A model generated the notes under the pieces. The model was given only the letters and a program-made list of their open reading frames with translations. It had not been told where the DNA came from and made no database searches. From Myxococcota bacterium (GTDB lineage: Bacteria; Myxococcota_A; Polyangia; Nannocystales; Nannocystaceae), in the NCBI GenBank assembly GCA_039028615.1, contig JBCCHT010000020.1:96001-160000 (forward strand): DNA of 64,000 bases, written 5' to 3'. Positions 37,135-47,288 of this stretch are shown in pieces (the first letter of the stretch is position 1; the number at the start of each line of letters is the position of its first letter). Position numbers and translations under genes: made by a program.

Positions 37135-38148
37135 ATGCTCTCGACCGACCGACGACGAACTCTCGCTTGCGCGATGCTCCTGGCCGCCGCGCCCTTGGCT
37201 TGCGGCGACGACAGCTCTGGAGACGACGCGGGTACGCCCGCCACGACCACGGGAGTCCCGAGCGGGAACGACGACGTCACCACGGCCGCCGATGCGGCCG
37301 GCACCACGACCACGGGCCCCGTCGACGGCACCACCAGCGGCACGACCACGACCGCGGGCAACGGCTCCTCGGGCAGTGACGACGGCCCCTCCGACGAGTC
37401 GACCGGCAACGGCATCATCTTCGACGTCGGCGGAGGCAAGTCCGAGACGGGCGGCGAGGGCATGTGTGACAACGCCCAGACCACGCTGCAGGCCACCATG
37501 CGTGACTTCGCCAGCAGCCACGTCGACATGGAGGTCTTCTGGGGCGGCGACGCCAGCACGGGCCTCGTGCTGCCCGTGCTCGGGGCCGACGGCACCCCCG
37601 ACTACAACCCCGCCGCTCCGCCGCCGCCTCCGGGCAGCTCGCCCACCCAGATCACGTCGATGGCCAGCTTTGCCCAGTGGTACCACGACACCCCGGACAT
37701 CAACGTCGCCGAGTCCATCGACATCGAGCTGACCGAGATGCCGCCGGGTTCGGGCGTGTTCGTGTTCGACGACCCGACCTTCTTCCCCCTCGACGGCATC
37801 GGCTGGAACGCCGCCCCCGGGCCCAACAACGAGACCTTCCCCGACACCCTGGGCGACCAGCACAACTTCCACTTCACCACCGAGATCCACACCAGCTTCA
37901 TCTACGAGCCGGGACAGGTCTTCACCTTCATCGGTGACGACGACCTGTGGGTGTTCATCGACGGTGACCTGGCCATCGACCTCGGCGGTCTGCACGGCGA
38001 ACTCGAGGGCTCGGTCGATCTCGACACCCTCGGCCTCGTCGACGGTGGGACCTACGACATGGACATCTTCCACGCCGAGCGCCGCCACAACGGCTCGCAC
38101 TTCCGCGTGGAGACCTCCATCTCCTGCTTCTTCCCGCCCGCGGGCTGA
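37135..38148 (+). CDS. Fibro-slime (PA14-related) domain lipoprotein
   Basis: LACGDD lipobox; RDF, FFPLDG, HNFHFTTE, FTFIGDDDLWVFIDG, DLGGLH, FHAER. Confidence 0.92.
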   Translation: MLSTDRRRTLACAMLLAAAPLACGDDSSGDDAGTPATTTGVPSGNDDVTTAADAAGTTTTGPVDGTTSGTTTTAGNGSSGSDDGPSDESTGNGIIFDVGGGKSETGGEGMCDNAQTTLQATMRDFASSHVDMEVFWGGDASTGLVLPVLGADGTPDYNPAAPPPPPGSSPTQITSMASFAQWYHDTPDINVAESIDIELTEMPPGSGVFVFDDPTFFPLDGIGWNAAPGPNNETFPDTLGDQHNFHFTTEIHTSFIYEPGQVFTFIGDDDLWVFIDGDLAIDLGGLHGELEGSVDLDTLGLVDGGTYDMDIFHAERRHNGSHFRVETSISCFFPPAG

Positions 38149-38161
38149 CGCGACGCAACCG

Positions 38162-39250
38162 TCAGGCGCCCGGGTCGTGGCTGCCCGTGGCCGGCGGATC
38201 GGGCAGCTCGAGGCCGATGAAGATCCCATCGTCTTCGTCCTCGCTGCCGTCGTTCGCGTCGTAGCCCGGAAAGGGCGTGCCCGACAGGTCCATGGCTTCG
38301 GGACGCGGCCGCTGCAGGAGACCAGAATCGCCGCCGCGTGCGGCGGCTGCCGCTGCAGCAGCGGCCGCCGAGAACCCCTGGTCGACCGATGCGGCCGGAC
38401 GAGCACCCGAGCGCTCGGATCCTCCCGCCCGATTGCGTGACGGACCGGAATCTCGCTCTCCGGTGGGCATGCGATACGGCGCCGGTCGAGGCGTCACCAC
38501 CTCTTGCGTGTCCTCGGCGCTGAGCCACGTCCCGCTCGGCTCGTCGAACGACCCCGTGTCTTCGTCGGTGACGATCGCCTCGTGGTGCGGGCCCGAGGGC
38601 GGGTCCAGCGAGATCGAGTGGCGACCGGAGGGCTCGTGCTTGACGGGCTGCGGCCGCGGATGTGCCCCCGAGCGCTCGGTGGGGTTGGGCGGCATGCTCG
38701 ACACCCGAGCGTCGGCCGCCGCCGTGGCGCGCGACTTGGAGCTCCCGGAGCGATTGCGAGGCAGCGGCGCCCCGCTGTCGATGGGCTCATCGGACGCCGG
38801 GCCCTGCCCCAACTTCTCCGCCTCGGCCGCGACCGAGAACCCGCCTCCGGCGGGGGTCGGCACCGCCGCCTGGAACGACTTGGGCTGACACAGGCGCCAG
38901 AAGCGAATGGTCTTGGCGGTCGCCGCGGTCAGCCGCACCAGCTCGGCGTCGGACAAGCGCGGCAACAGATCGGTGAAGCGCTCCAGCGCCCGATCGACTT
39001 GAATAACTTGCTTGCGCAAATTCGTCGCGGTCGCGACGGGAACTTCTGCGAGGCGGGCGAGTTCCCCATCGGTGAGCCGCCCGAACAGATCGAGGTACGG
39101 CACCAGCCGATTCATCACATTGGAGGACTTCTTGTCGCGAAGCTCCTTGTCGCGGAGCTCGTCTCGGCTCACCCGAACCTGGCGCAACGCGATCGTGGCG
39201 AGGTGTGCCTCACCGCTCGTTCCCCCTGCCTCGTTGTCGCCGTCACCCAT
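38162..39250 (-). CDS. Hypothetical protein with two N-terminal HTH-like repeats and a disordered C-terminus
   Basis: YLDLFGRLTDGELARL / FTDLLPRLSDAELVRL internal repeat. Confidence 0.7.
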   Translation of the reverse strand: MGDGDNEAGGTSGEAHLATIALRQVRVSRDELRDKELRDKKSSNVMNRLVPYLDLFGRLTDGELARLAEVPVATATNLRKQVIQVDRALERFTDLLPRLSDAELVRLTAATAKTIRFWRLCQPKSFQAAVPTPAGGGFSVAAEAEKLGQGPASDEPIDSGAPLPRNRSGSSKSRATAAADARVSSMPPNPTERSGAHPRPQPVKHEPSGRHSISLDPPSGPHHEAIVTDEDTGSFDEPSGTWLSAEDTQEVVTPRPAPYRMPTGERDSGPSRNRAGGSERSGARPAASVDQGFSAAAAAAAAAARGGDSGLLQRPRPEAMDLSGTPFPGYDANDGSEDEDDGIFIGLELPDPPATGSHDPGA

Positions 39251-39437
39251 GGCGCTCAACCTGCCTTCACCCCACCACAACCGTAACACTCCAGGCCGGA
39301 GGTCCCCAAGCTTCGGGCGTCTGCGCGACCTCGCTCCACCGCCCGCAGACGACAGCGGAAAGAGCGCAGCAATCCCACCAAAAACAACGTCCCGACCCAG
39401 CTCGGGCGTTTTCCCGTGCAGCTGGTAGGCTCCTCGC

Positions 39438-39869
39438 GTGAGCTATGACTGGCTACGAGCGCTCCACATCATCTTCGTGGTGACGTGGTTTGCGGGCCTC
39501 TTCTACATCTTCCGCCTCTACGTCTATCACGTGGAAAACGAGGGCGACCGCTCGGTCACCAGCTTGCTCGAGACCATGGAGCGACGGCTCTACCGAGGGA
39601 TCTGTTGGCCGGCGATGGTGGCCACCACCACCTTCGGCGTGTGGCTGTGGTCGCTCCGCTTCAGCAGCTACCTTCAAAACGGGTGGTTCCACGTCAAGCT
39701 CACCGCCCTGGTGTTCTTGTTCGCCTACCATTTCTATGCCGGCAAGGTGCGCAAAGACCTCGCCGCCGGGCGCTGCAAACTGACCTCTCGCCAGTGTCGG
39801 TTCATCAACGAGGTGCCCACCCTCATCTTGTTCACCGTCGTCATCATGGCCGTGGTCAAGCCCTTCTGA
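39438..39869 (+). CDS. hemJ: Protoporphyrinogen oxidase HemJ
   Basis: YDWLRALHIIFVVTWFAGLFY..RLYVYH, MERRL, WFHVKL, RFINEVPT, VVKPF. Confidence 0.93.
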   Translation: MSYDWLRALHIIFVVTWFAGLFYIFRLYVYHVENEGDRSVTSLLETMERRLYRGICWPAMVATTTFGVWLWSLRFSSYLQNGWFHVKLTALVFLFAYHFYAGKVRKDLAAGRCKLTSRQCRFINEVPTLILFTVVIMAVVKPF

Positions 39870-39874
39870 GTCCC

Positions 39875-40618
39875 ATGTTCGCGCTCCGCCACCTCGGGCC
39901 CCTGGCCTGCCTCGCCCTCGTCGCCGCGCTCGGCTGCACCGCGACCGAGAACGAGACCTGCGAGCTGACCTCCGATCAGCTCTCCGTCGTGGCCGAGGTC
40001 GTCGACAGCGGCTGGGACATCCGCGCCTCCATCGACTTCGAGAGCGGAGATCGGCAGGGCACCAACTCGCCCGTGCGCCTATGCGCCACCGACATCCTCA
40101 CCATCAACGGCCAGACGCCCATCGAGACCACCAAGGCCTCGAGCATCGAGTACCACCTCGACTGGGAGGCCGACGGCGAGCGCAGCGTGCAGTTTTCCAT
40201 CGAGCGGCAGTCCCTGGGTGAGGTCATCGACCTCGCCGTCGAGCTGCCGCCCACCTTCGAGATCGTCTCCCCCATGGACGACGACCCCCTCGACCGCACC
40301 AACGGACAGGCGCTCGAGTGGGAGCCGGCCAACCCCGACGGCACCATGCAGATCCGCCTGCACGAAGAGCTCGGCGGCGGCCAGTGCATCATCGACAGCG
40401 ACGAGCAGACCTACGAAGAAGCGGGCGGCGTCGGTGTGCCCGATACCGGCACCTGGACCATCGATGCTTCCGACCTGGGCAGCATGACCCCGCTGGCCTG
40501 CAACGTCACCATCGGCCTCACGCGGGTCAACCTGGGCGACTACCCCACCACCCTCGGTGGCGGCGGCCGCATCGAAGCCCGCACCGAACGCGAAGTCGAC
40601 GTCGCCGACACCGAGTAG
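39875..40618 (+). CDS. Hypothetical lipoprotein
   Basis: AALGC lipobox from ATG 39875; beta-rich sequence. Confidence 0.75.
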   Translation: MFALRHLGPLACLALVAALGCTATENETCELTSDQLSVVAEVVDSGWDIRASIDFESGDRQGTNSPVRLCATDILTINGQTPIETTKASSIEYHLDWEADGERSVQFSIERQSLGEVIDLAVELPPTFEIVSPMDDDPLDRTNGQALEWEPANPDGTMQIRLHEELGGGQCIIDSDEQTYEEAGGVGVPDTGTWTIDASDLGSMTPLACNVTIGLTRVNLGDYPTTLGGGGRIEARTEREVDVADTE

Positions 40619-40718
40619 AGCCCTCGGTAACCCCTCCTCGACGCCTCGCGCGACGGACGCGGATACGGCGGTCCCGGGGTGTTTGCCGTCGCCCGAGCAC
40701 TGCTGCAAAGTGCCGGGC

Positions 40719-41165
40719 ATGCGCCTGCCCCAGCGCGGAGTCCTGATCCGCCTGTTCATCTACATCCCGCTCATCGGCTTCTTCGGCTGGCGTGCGTGGA
40801 CGGCTGGCTGCGCCCCCGACACGATCGAGGCCGAGCCCCAGCCCTCCATGGAAGACCGGCTCGCGCCGCATCGCAAGACGATCACGCTGCCCGACGGCAC
40901 CCAGCAGGACATCGTCGAGCTCACGCCCCAAGAGGCCGAGGCCATCCTCGGGCACCCGATCCCCGAAAAGCTCGACGGCGACGCGCCCAAGGCCAAAGCA
41001 GCCGCGCCCGACCCGGCCGCCGCCGATGCCAAAGCCGCAGCCGACCCCGCCACGGCCGATCCCGGCGGTGAACCGGACGACGCCAAACCCGGGGACGCAG
41101 CCGCCAAGGCGGAAGCCAACGCCCAACCAGGGGCCACCGCCGACCCGGCACCGGCCGGCGATTGA
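40719..41165 (+). CDS. Small membrane-anchored protein with Ala/Pro-rich tail
   Basis: N-terminal TM (LIRLFIYIPLIGFFGW); typical codon bias. Confidence 0.7.
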   Translation: MRLPQRGVLIRLFIYIPLIGFFGWRAWTAGCAPDTIEAEPQPSMEDRLAPHRKTITLPDGTQQDIVELTPQEAEAILGHPIPEKLDGDAPKAKAAAPDPAAADAKAAADPATADPGGEPDDAKPGDAAAKAEANAQPGATADPAPAGD

Positions 41166-41199
41166 CGGCGAGCGGTCGATCGCCCAGGCTCTTCCCCGC

Positions 41200-41520
41200 A
41201 TGGAACGCGGACACTTCGGTACGCTGTCCTCCAAGGCTCTGGAGCACATCGACGAGACCCTCGGAGACCTCGAGCACGAGCGGCTCGACGTCGACTTGGC
41301 CGGTGACGTGCTCACCTTGGACTTCGCCGACGGCGGCAAGTTCATCATCAATGCCCACAGCGCCGCCGGGCAGATCTGGATGGCCGCGGGTACCACCGCC
41401 TGGCATTTCGACTACGACGACGCCAGCGGCACTTGGATCGCCAGCAAGACCGGCGACGAGCTCATGGCCACCGTCGCCCGCACCGTGAGCGAGCGCCTGG
41501 GCGAGACCGTCACGCTATGA
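41200..41520 (+). CDS. cyaY: Iron donor CyaY (frataxin)
   Basis: GDVLTLDFADGGKFIINAHSAAGQIWMA...HF. Confidence 0.9.
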   Translation: MERGHFGTLSSKALEHIDETLGDLEHERLDVDLAGDVLTLDFADGGKFIINAHSAAGQIWMAAGTTAWHFDYDDASGTWIASKTGDELMATVARTVSERLGETVTL

Positions 41521-42599
41521 CCAAGACCGCGCTCGTCTCGTGGCTCGCCGCGCCCTTGGCCGCCCTGCTCGGGGTCTCAGGCTGCGCCCAAATCGAGACC
41601 CGCTCGTCGGTCGAGATCATGCCGCGCAGCGACGCCGACGTCCTGCGCCTCGGCGGGTCCGGGGGCGAGATCGCCGAGCGTGGCGTCACCGTGCAGTGGA
41701 CCCAAGACGGCGATCGCCTCGCCCTCGACCTCGTCGAAGACCGCTCCTGCGTCTCCGTCACCCACGTCCCCGTCGTTCGCGTCGAGCGGACCACGCGTCG
41801 CACCACTCGCGGCGCCATGTGGTGGGAGTACGGCCTCGGTGCCGCCGCCTTGGGTGTCGGCCTCGCCGGCCTCATCAGCCCCGAGTCGTTCTCCCAGGCC
41901 GCCATCGACAGCAATGGCAACCGGGTCGAGGAAACCGGCACCGGCTATCGCATCGGCGGCATCTTCACCGCCATCGGCTCCATCCTGCTCACCGCGGGTG
42001 TCGTCGACACCATCCGGACTCGCGACGACATCTCCTACGCCGACGCCTTTCGCCGCGAAGAAGGGGGCGCCGTCGCCTGCCGCGAGCCCCAGGTGCCGCT
42101 GCAAGAGCAGACCGTCGAGCTGCTCGTCGGCGAGTGGAGCACCACCGAGCCCACCGGGGACGACGGCGCCGTGAGGTTCCTGCTCCCCGAGATCGAAGAG
42201 CTGTCGTCCGAGGCTCAGGCCGCCATCGCAGCCCATGCCGCGTGGGCCGAGGCCAAGACCGCCGCCGACGAAGCAGCCGAGGCCGCCCGTCTGAAGGCCG
42301 AGGCCGAAGCCGCCGCCGAGGCGGAACAGAGCAAGAAGGGCCGCCGCGGTCGCAAGGTCAAAAAGGCCGAGCCGGAGCCGCCCGCCGAGCCCGTCGCCAC
42401 CGCCGATCCCGGTCCGCGCCCCGAGCCCTTCGTCGTCAAAGGCGTCCTGCGCATCGACAGCGGTCGTGCGCTCGCCATCGACTTCCTCGTTCCCTACGAC
42501 TGGTCCGGAGCCGAGCCCCATCAGGGCAAGGGCTCCGTCGACCCCATGCCCGCCCGTCGCCCGCCTCCCCGGCCGCGCTCGGGCGACGCCCAGCCCTGA
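41517..42599 (+). CDS. Hypothetical lipoprotein with internal hydrophobic hairpin
   Basis: VSGC lipobox; ATGA-coupled to cyaY. Confidence 0.75.
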   Translation: MTKTALVSWLAAPLAALLGVSGCAQIETRSSVEIMPRSDADVLRLGGSGGEIAERGVTVQWTQDGDRLALDLVEDRSCVSVTHVPVVRVERTTRRTTRGAMWWEYGLGAAALGVGLAGLISPESFSQAAIDSNGNRVEETGTGYRIGGIFTAIGSILLTAGVVDTIRTRDDISYADAFRREEGGAVACREPQVPLQEQTVELLVGEWSTTEPTGDDGAVRFLLPEIEELSSEAQAAIAAHAAWAEAKTAADEAAEAARLKAEAEAAAEAEQSKKGRRGRKVKKAEPEPPAEPVATADPGPRPEPFVVKGVLRIDSGRALAIDFLVPYDWSGAEPHQGKGSVDPMPARRPPPRPRSGDAQP

Positions 42600-42601
42600 C
42601 C

Positions 42602-43159
42602 ATGGACGGCACGCCCTCCGCCGACGTGCGTGAGGCTCGGGTGTTCGTCGGGCTCGGAGGCAACATCGGCGATCGCCTCGCCACCCTGCGCTCGGGCGCG
42701 CGGGGACTCTCCGATCCCGCCGCCGGCCTCGAGATCGTCCGCGCCTCCGGCATCTACGAGACCAGCCCCATGGGTCCCTCGACCGGCGCCTTCCTCAATG
42801 CCGTCGTCGAGCTGCGCACCCGCTGGGCCGCCGACGCCCTCATGGCCCGGTTACTCGAGGTCGAGGTGAAGCACGGCCGCCAACGAACCGAGCGGTGGGG
42901 CGCCCGTACCCTCGACCTCGACCTGCTCGTCGTCTTGCGAGCCGAAGGCGACCGCTGGGCGAACGAGTCTCGGAACACCCCCGGCCTCACCCTGCCTCAT
43001 GAGGGGATTGCCGACCGCGACTTCGTGCTCGTCCCCCTGCTCGAAGTCGCCGGTGAAGACCTCCTCGTCCGGGGACAGCCCGCCCGACGCTGGCTGGAGG
43101 CGCTGGAGCCGAAACAGCGGACCATACTGCGCCGCTGGGACGACGACCTCCTCGCCTGA
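42602..43159 (+). CDS. folK: 2-amino-4-hydroxy-6-hydroxymethyldihydropteridine diphosphokinase
   Basis: VGLGGNIGD, YETSP, FLNAV, RWGARTLDLDLL, LPH...RDFVLVPL. Confidence 0.95.
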   Translation: MDGTPSADVREARVFVGLGGNIGDRLATLRSGARGLSDPAAGLEIVRASGIYETSPMGPSTGAFLNAVVELRTRWAADALMARLLEVEVKHGRQRTERWGARTLDLDLLVVLRAEGDRWANESRNTPGLTLPHEGIADRDFVLVPLLEVAGEDLLVRGQPARRWLEALEPKQRTILRRWDDDLLA

Positions 43160-43226
43160 GCCTTCGGGCGTGATGGTTGGCGACAGGCGTGCTAGGGTCC
43201 GGCGCCCCGGATGACCGGGCCCGTGA

Positions 43227-43298
43227 AGGCGGGTAGCTCAGGGGTAGAGCAGCGTGCTTACACCGCGCTGGTCGCAGGTTCGAAACCTGTCCCGCCTA
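43227..43298 (+). tRNA. tRNA-Val (TAC); CCA not encoded
   Basis: AGGCGGG/CCCGCCT acceptor stem, GCTC/GAGC D arm, GCGTG-CTTACAC-CGCGC anticodon arm, GCAGG-TTCGAAA-CCTGT T arm. Confidence 0.95.
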
Positions 43299-43357
43299 CT
43301 GGGGAACGGTGCGCTAGCAGGGTCTAGCGCGCCGTTTCCCGAGACTTCGTTCCGGGG

Positions 43358-44020
43358 ATGTACGCTACGGCCGTGGCCGACGAGCGTGGATATTGGGGCA
43401 AGGACCCGAAGTCGGGCCACCGCCAGTGGTTCGGGCCTTACTCTCGCAAAGAGAAGCACGGGCCGGCCACCATTGATGTCGACTGCGACAAGTACTCGAG
43501 TGTCGACGGTTGCCGCCTCCCCGATGGAACCCGCGGCCTGGTCAGGCACAGCTTCGCGTCGAATGTCGAACGCGACGGCCAGAAACTCGTGTGGAGAACC
43601 CAGCGCCCCGACGGTGGATACGAGTACGGCCGGATCGAAGTGGACGAAGGCGTCGATGTCCGATTCGTGGCCGAGCCCGAGCTCGCCCCCAAGCCGGCGC
43701 CCGACCATCCCGTGTACGACCGGTTCGTGATCGAGGTCCGCAGTGATCCGAGGCTCATGGCTCTCCTGCGCGACATCGAGTTCGCCAGAGAATTCTACGC
43801 CGCGATGTGCAACATGGATTGGGTCAAGACCGACGCGAGCAGCGCGTTTGGGTGCACGTTCCGTACGGCGGGGAGGATCGTCGCGGAGCTTCGCGGTATC
43901 GGGGAGGAGTACATCGACTTCTACGGGTCCGGGCCCGAAGGCACCGTGAGCCCGCGAGTCGCGGCCGAGCTGTCCCGGCTTCAGTGGTCCGCGCGCGAGA
44001 TGATCGGTCCGCTCTACTAG
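43358..44020 (+). CDS. Hypothetical protein
   Basis: 220-aa ORF with a structured-looking C-terminal domain (FYAAMCN...FRTAGRIVAELRG..EYIDFY.SG.EG). Confidence 0.7.
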   Translation: MYATAVADERGYWGKDPKSGHRQWFGPYSRKEKHGPATIDVDCDKYSSVDGCRLPDGTRGLVRHSFASNVERDGQKLVWRTQRPDGGYEYGRIEVDEGVDVRFVAEPELAPKPAPDHPVYDRFVIEVRSDPRLMALLRDIEFAREFYAAMCNMDWVKTDASSAFGCTFRTAGRIVAELRGIGEEYIDFYGSGPEGTVSPRVAAELSRLQWSAREMIGPLY

Positions 44021-44313
44021 CAAGTCGCCCCAACGCCCCGCCGTGCGCACGCGTGGCATGGCCAGAACGTAGCTCCGTTCCAGGTTAGAGGCGGTTCGCG
44101 GCCGTTTTCGCACGACCACGAGTCGGCTCGAGGCGTTCGTCGAAAAAATCGGGAACGAATCGGCCTCCGGCCTGACAGCTGAGGTGAACCCAAAAGACGT
44201 GCTTCGGGCCGCGGTCCGACTCGGACCCACCGGCCCTCCTCATCGCCGGAAGTCGCATGAGCATCGAGTTGCTCGATCTCTCGTTCTTCCGCCGCCCACA
44301 CCATCCGGACTTC

Positions 44314-45051
44314 ATGATGAAAAAGCTTCTCCCCTCCGTCGTTCTGCTCTGCTCCTCCCTGACCTTCGCCGGTTGCATCCTCGAGGAGGAGCCCGACATC
44401 GACGACAGCAGCACCAATGGCGCCACCGGGTCCAACGAAGACACGGGCATGGACGGCGATGCCACCGACGCCCAGAACACCGACGATGCCGCCGACTCGA
44501 GCGATGGCGGAGCCGCCGACTGCCTCAGCGAGGAGTACGAGTGGGACGAGGCCACCAACCCTCTGGGGCCCAACCAGTGCAACGACGACTGCGAGTGCGA
44601 CGGCGCCCGCGACTGCTCACCCTTCGGTTGGTGCGAAGGCATCGCGCGCGGCGATCAGGCGTTCATCCCCATGGGTGGCCCCTGGACTGTCTTCAACCCG
44701 GCCGTCGACACCTCGGCGTGCAAGGGCTTCGAGGCAGAGCTCGAGAGCACCGAGCCGGAGATGATCCAGCTGGTGACCGACTCCGACGGCACCTTCACCA
44801 TCGATCAGGACAGCTCGGGTTTTCACGACGACTGTGTGCTCACGGGCATGGACTTCGTGTGCACCGAGATCGTCCAGGACGACAAGGAGTTTCTGGACGT
44901 CATCGTCCTCTCCGGCACCTTCAGCGGTCCGACGAGGGCGAGCGGCGTGATGTCCATCGCCTCGAGCTGTGCGGACAAAGGCTTCTGCGGTGAAGAGCCG
45001 AGCCTGCCCTGCGATTGGGAGATCACCTTCGACATGGAGCTGATGGAGTAA
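44314..45051 (+). CDS. Cys-rich acidic lipoprotein
   Basis: MMKKLL...FAGC lipobox; CNDDCECDGARDCSPFGWC. Confidence 0.8.
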   Translation: MMKKLLPSVVLLCSSLTFAGCILEEEPDIDDSSTNGATGSNEDTGMDGDATDAQNTDDAADSSDGGAADCLSEEYEWDEATNPLGPNQCNDDCECDGARDCSPFGWCEGIARGDQAFIPMGGPWTVFNPAVDTSACKGFEAELESTEPEMIQLVTDSDGTFTIDQDSSGFHDDCVLTGMDFVCTEIVQDDKEFLDVIVLSGTFSGPTRASGVMSIASSCADKGFCGEEPSLPCDWEITFDMELME

Positions 45052-45112
45052 GCCCCGGGTCGGCACCGCTCGTGACTCCACCGAACGACGGGGGCGAGGT
45101 ACCCTCCTCTCC

Positions 45113-45805
45113 GTGAAGGCGGAGTCGCGACGCGAGGCCGACGAGCGAGAGCGTGCGGCGTTGGAGCAGATCCAGATCCAGGTCGCCGCTCGAGACCGAC
45201 GCAGCGTGGTCTCGCCGAGCACCACGCGGTCGGCATGGAGCGCCGAGGTCGATCTGACGCCTCACGAAGTGGTGGCCGTACTCGAGGGATCAGGCGAGGT
45301 CGTCGCGGTCCCGATGAGCGAAGAGGAGCAGCTCCCGCGCAACAAACACACGGCCAAGGTCCTGCTCGACAACCAGGGAACCGAGCTGGCGCTGTGGCAA
45401 CGACCGCGGCGCTCGGCCGAGGTCTTCGCCAGTCGAGAGCGCATCCCCTACCCGGACTTTCTGCGCGTGCGCATCGAGGCCACATCCGCGGGATGTCGGC
45501 TCCTCGCTTCGTGGCACCGTCACCCGGCCACGGTGGCGATCAAGCGGCGCAATTCATTTTGGAGTGCGGTCATCATCGCCGGGTCGGCCCTGCCGTTGCT
45601 CAGCGGCCACGCGCAAGGGTGGATCGGCACCGTCGTCATCGCCCTGCTCGGCCTGTACTGGATGTGGGACATGTCCAGGATGGAGATCCCGCCCTCGATG
45701 GCGCTCACCGTGCTCGAGGAGGCGATCACCCCTCACCGGCTGAGCCCCAACGAGCGCCTGCCGCCGTACCGCGCCGATGCTCGCCAGCCCCGCGACGAAC
45801 AGTAA
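45113..45805 (+). CDS. Hypothetical membrane protein
   Basis: Two C-terminal TM segments; PPYR motif. Confidence 0.6.
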   Translation: MKAESRREADERERAALEQIQIQVAARDRRSVVSPSTTRSAWSAEVDLTPHEVVAVLEGSGEVVAVPMSEEEQLPRNKHTAKVLLDNQGTELALWQRPRRSAEVFASRERIPYPDFLRVRIEATSAGCRLLASWHRHPATVAIKRRNSFWSAVIIAGSALPLLSGHAQGWIGTVVIALLGLYWMWDMSRMEIPPSMALTVLEEAITPHRLSPNERLPPYRADARQPRDEQ

Positions 45806-45852
45806 CGAACCGCCAGAGTCGAGATGCCAGCAAACCGCGGTGGGATCGGCGC

Positions 45853-46149
45853 TCAGGCGGCCGCCGCCGCTTGAGCCACGGGTATCGGATGAACCACGCC
45901 GCCGATACAGACGTTGAAGTTGGGGTTGTAGCAGATCGGCATGGTGATGCCGCCGACGGTCAGCGGACAACATGCAGTCTGGCCCGCGTTGGTTTGGGCT
46001 ACCGTTTGCGGACACGGGTTCGGATTGCAGGCGCCAGGCACAGCGACCCCCGCGGGGCGGATCTGCTGAGCGCGGGAAGCCGCGACCGGCGACCTCGTCG
46101 CGGTCGAGGCAAAACGAGGACGAGCGGTCGTGAGTCGAGGCAGTTTCAT
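45853..46149 (-). CDS. Small protein (98 aa) with basic leader-like N-terminus and six-Cys core
   Basis: MKLPRL...QQIRPA, then CNPNPC...CC...C...C; GC-rich third positions in the core. Confidence 0.55.
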   Translation of the reverse strand: MKLPRLTTARPRFASTATRSPVAASRAQQIRPAGVAVPGACNPNPCPQTVAQTNAGQTACCPLTVGGITMPICYNPNFNVCIGGVVHPIPVAQAAAAA

Positions 46150-46249
46150 CGCGAGTATTCGTGATACCTCGAACGCCTCCGTCCGCAGACTCCCCGAACG
46201 GGGGGTGTGCATGAGCGACCGATCGAAATCGCAAACGGCAGCGACGCGG

Positions 46250-47155
46250 TCATGGGCCGAAGAGCGTCTCCTCCAGCCATGACTCCACGTGGGCGGCAAC
46301 TTCTTCCCAGCCCTCTTGCCCGCAGATCCAGTGGGTTCGCCCGGCAAACTCCCGATAGTCGGTCGGCGGCCCCTGGTAAAACTCGTAGTTCTTGCGAGAC
46401 AGGCTCACCGGGATGATGTGGTCGAGTTCGCCAGCCACCAACAACAGCGGAGGGCGATCCGCTCGGGGGTCGATGCGCGCCACGTCGGAGGTGCTATCGC
46501 GCGCCACTTGCCCCGACTCGGGTACGGCATGGGCTCGCCACACCCGCTCGACCTCGGCGTCGTCGAGGGTGTGGGCAAAGGCGTAGGTGAACCAAGACTT
46601 GGACGGGACGAAGGGGCGACGACGCTTGGTGATCACCGGGAAGTTGCTCCGCAAGAAGCTCCACTTGGCCGTCGACACCCCGGCCGGCGGCGCGGAGTCG
46701 ATGGCGATCCCCGCCCGGACGCCACCCTCCTGCAGCAGGATCTGTACGACCAACCCGCCCATCGAATGACCGACGAGGATCGGAGGCTCGGGCATCTCGG
46801 CGATGGCTCGACGATAGACGTCGAGTACGGCGTCCAACCGCAACGAGGGCAAATCTTCGGGAGGCGCGGCCTTGAGCTGTTCGGGATCGCCTCGTCGGTA
46901 GGGCCAGTCCGGGGCGTAGGTGCGGTAGCCTCGGTCGGAGAAGTACTTCTCCCATTCAGACCAGCTCGACGCGGTCATGAACATGCCGTGGACGAATAGG
47001 ATCGGCGGGTGATCGGACATGGTGGGCTCCTGGTGGGAATCGAGGGACGCGGAGGTGGGCTCGAGGCTGGGCGTGGCCGACGCGGGGCGATCGGTCGCCC
47101 CTGCCGCGCATGCCGCTACGAGAGGAAGGACAACGAACGGGTGATGGGTGCTCAT
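46250..47155 (-). CDS. Alpha/beta hydrolase (start may be ATG 47020, MSDHPP)
   Basis: FVHG, GHSMGG, GELDHII, GRTHW catalytic triad motifs. Confidence 0.9.
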   Translation of the reverse strand: MSTHHPFVVLPLVAACAAGATDRPASATPSLEPTSASLDSHQEPTMSDHPPILFVHGMFMTASSWSEWEKYFSDRGYRTYAPDWPYRRGDPEQLKAAPPEDLPSLRLDAVLDVYRRAIAEMPEPPILVGHSMGGLVVQILLQEGGVRAGIAIDSAPPAGVSTAKWSFLRSNFPVITKRRRPFVPSKSWFTYAFAHTLDDAEVERVWRAHAVPESGQVARDSTSDVARIDPRADRPPLLLVAGELDHIIPVSLSRKNYEFYQGPPTDYREFAGRTHWICGQEGWEEVAAHVESWLEETLFGP

Positions 47156-47288
47156 GGGGGTCTCCCGAGGCCCTGGAAGGCCTTCTACGGGGAACGAAGC
47201 GCCGTCTGGCCTTGCCAAGGTAGGAACCGGGAGCCATGCTGGCCGTGTCCGATTGGACAAAGATCGGTCCTCATTCGCCAGGCCACTG

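Noticed and set aside
41540..42601. Long N-terminal fusion on folK in the ORF track
   Set aside because: An off-frame Arg-rich overlap with the upstream lipoprotein; folK starts at about 42602.
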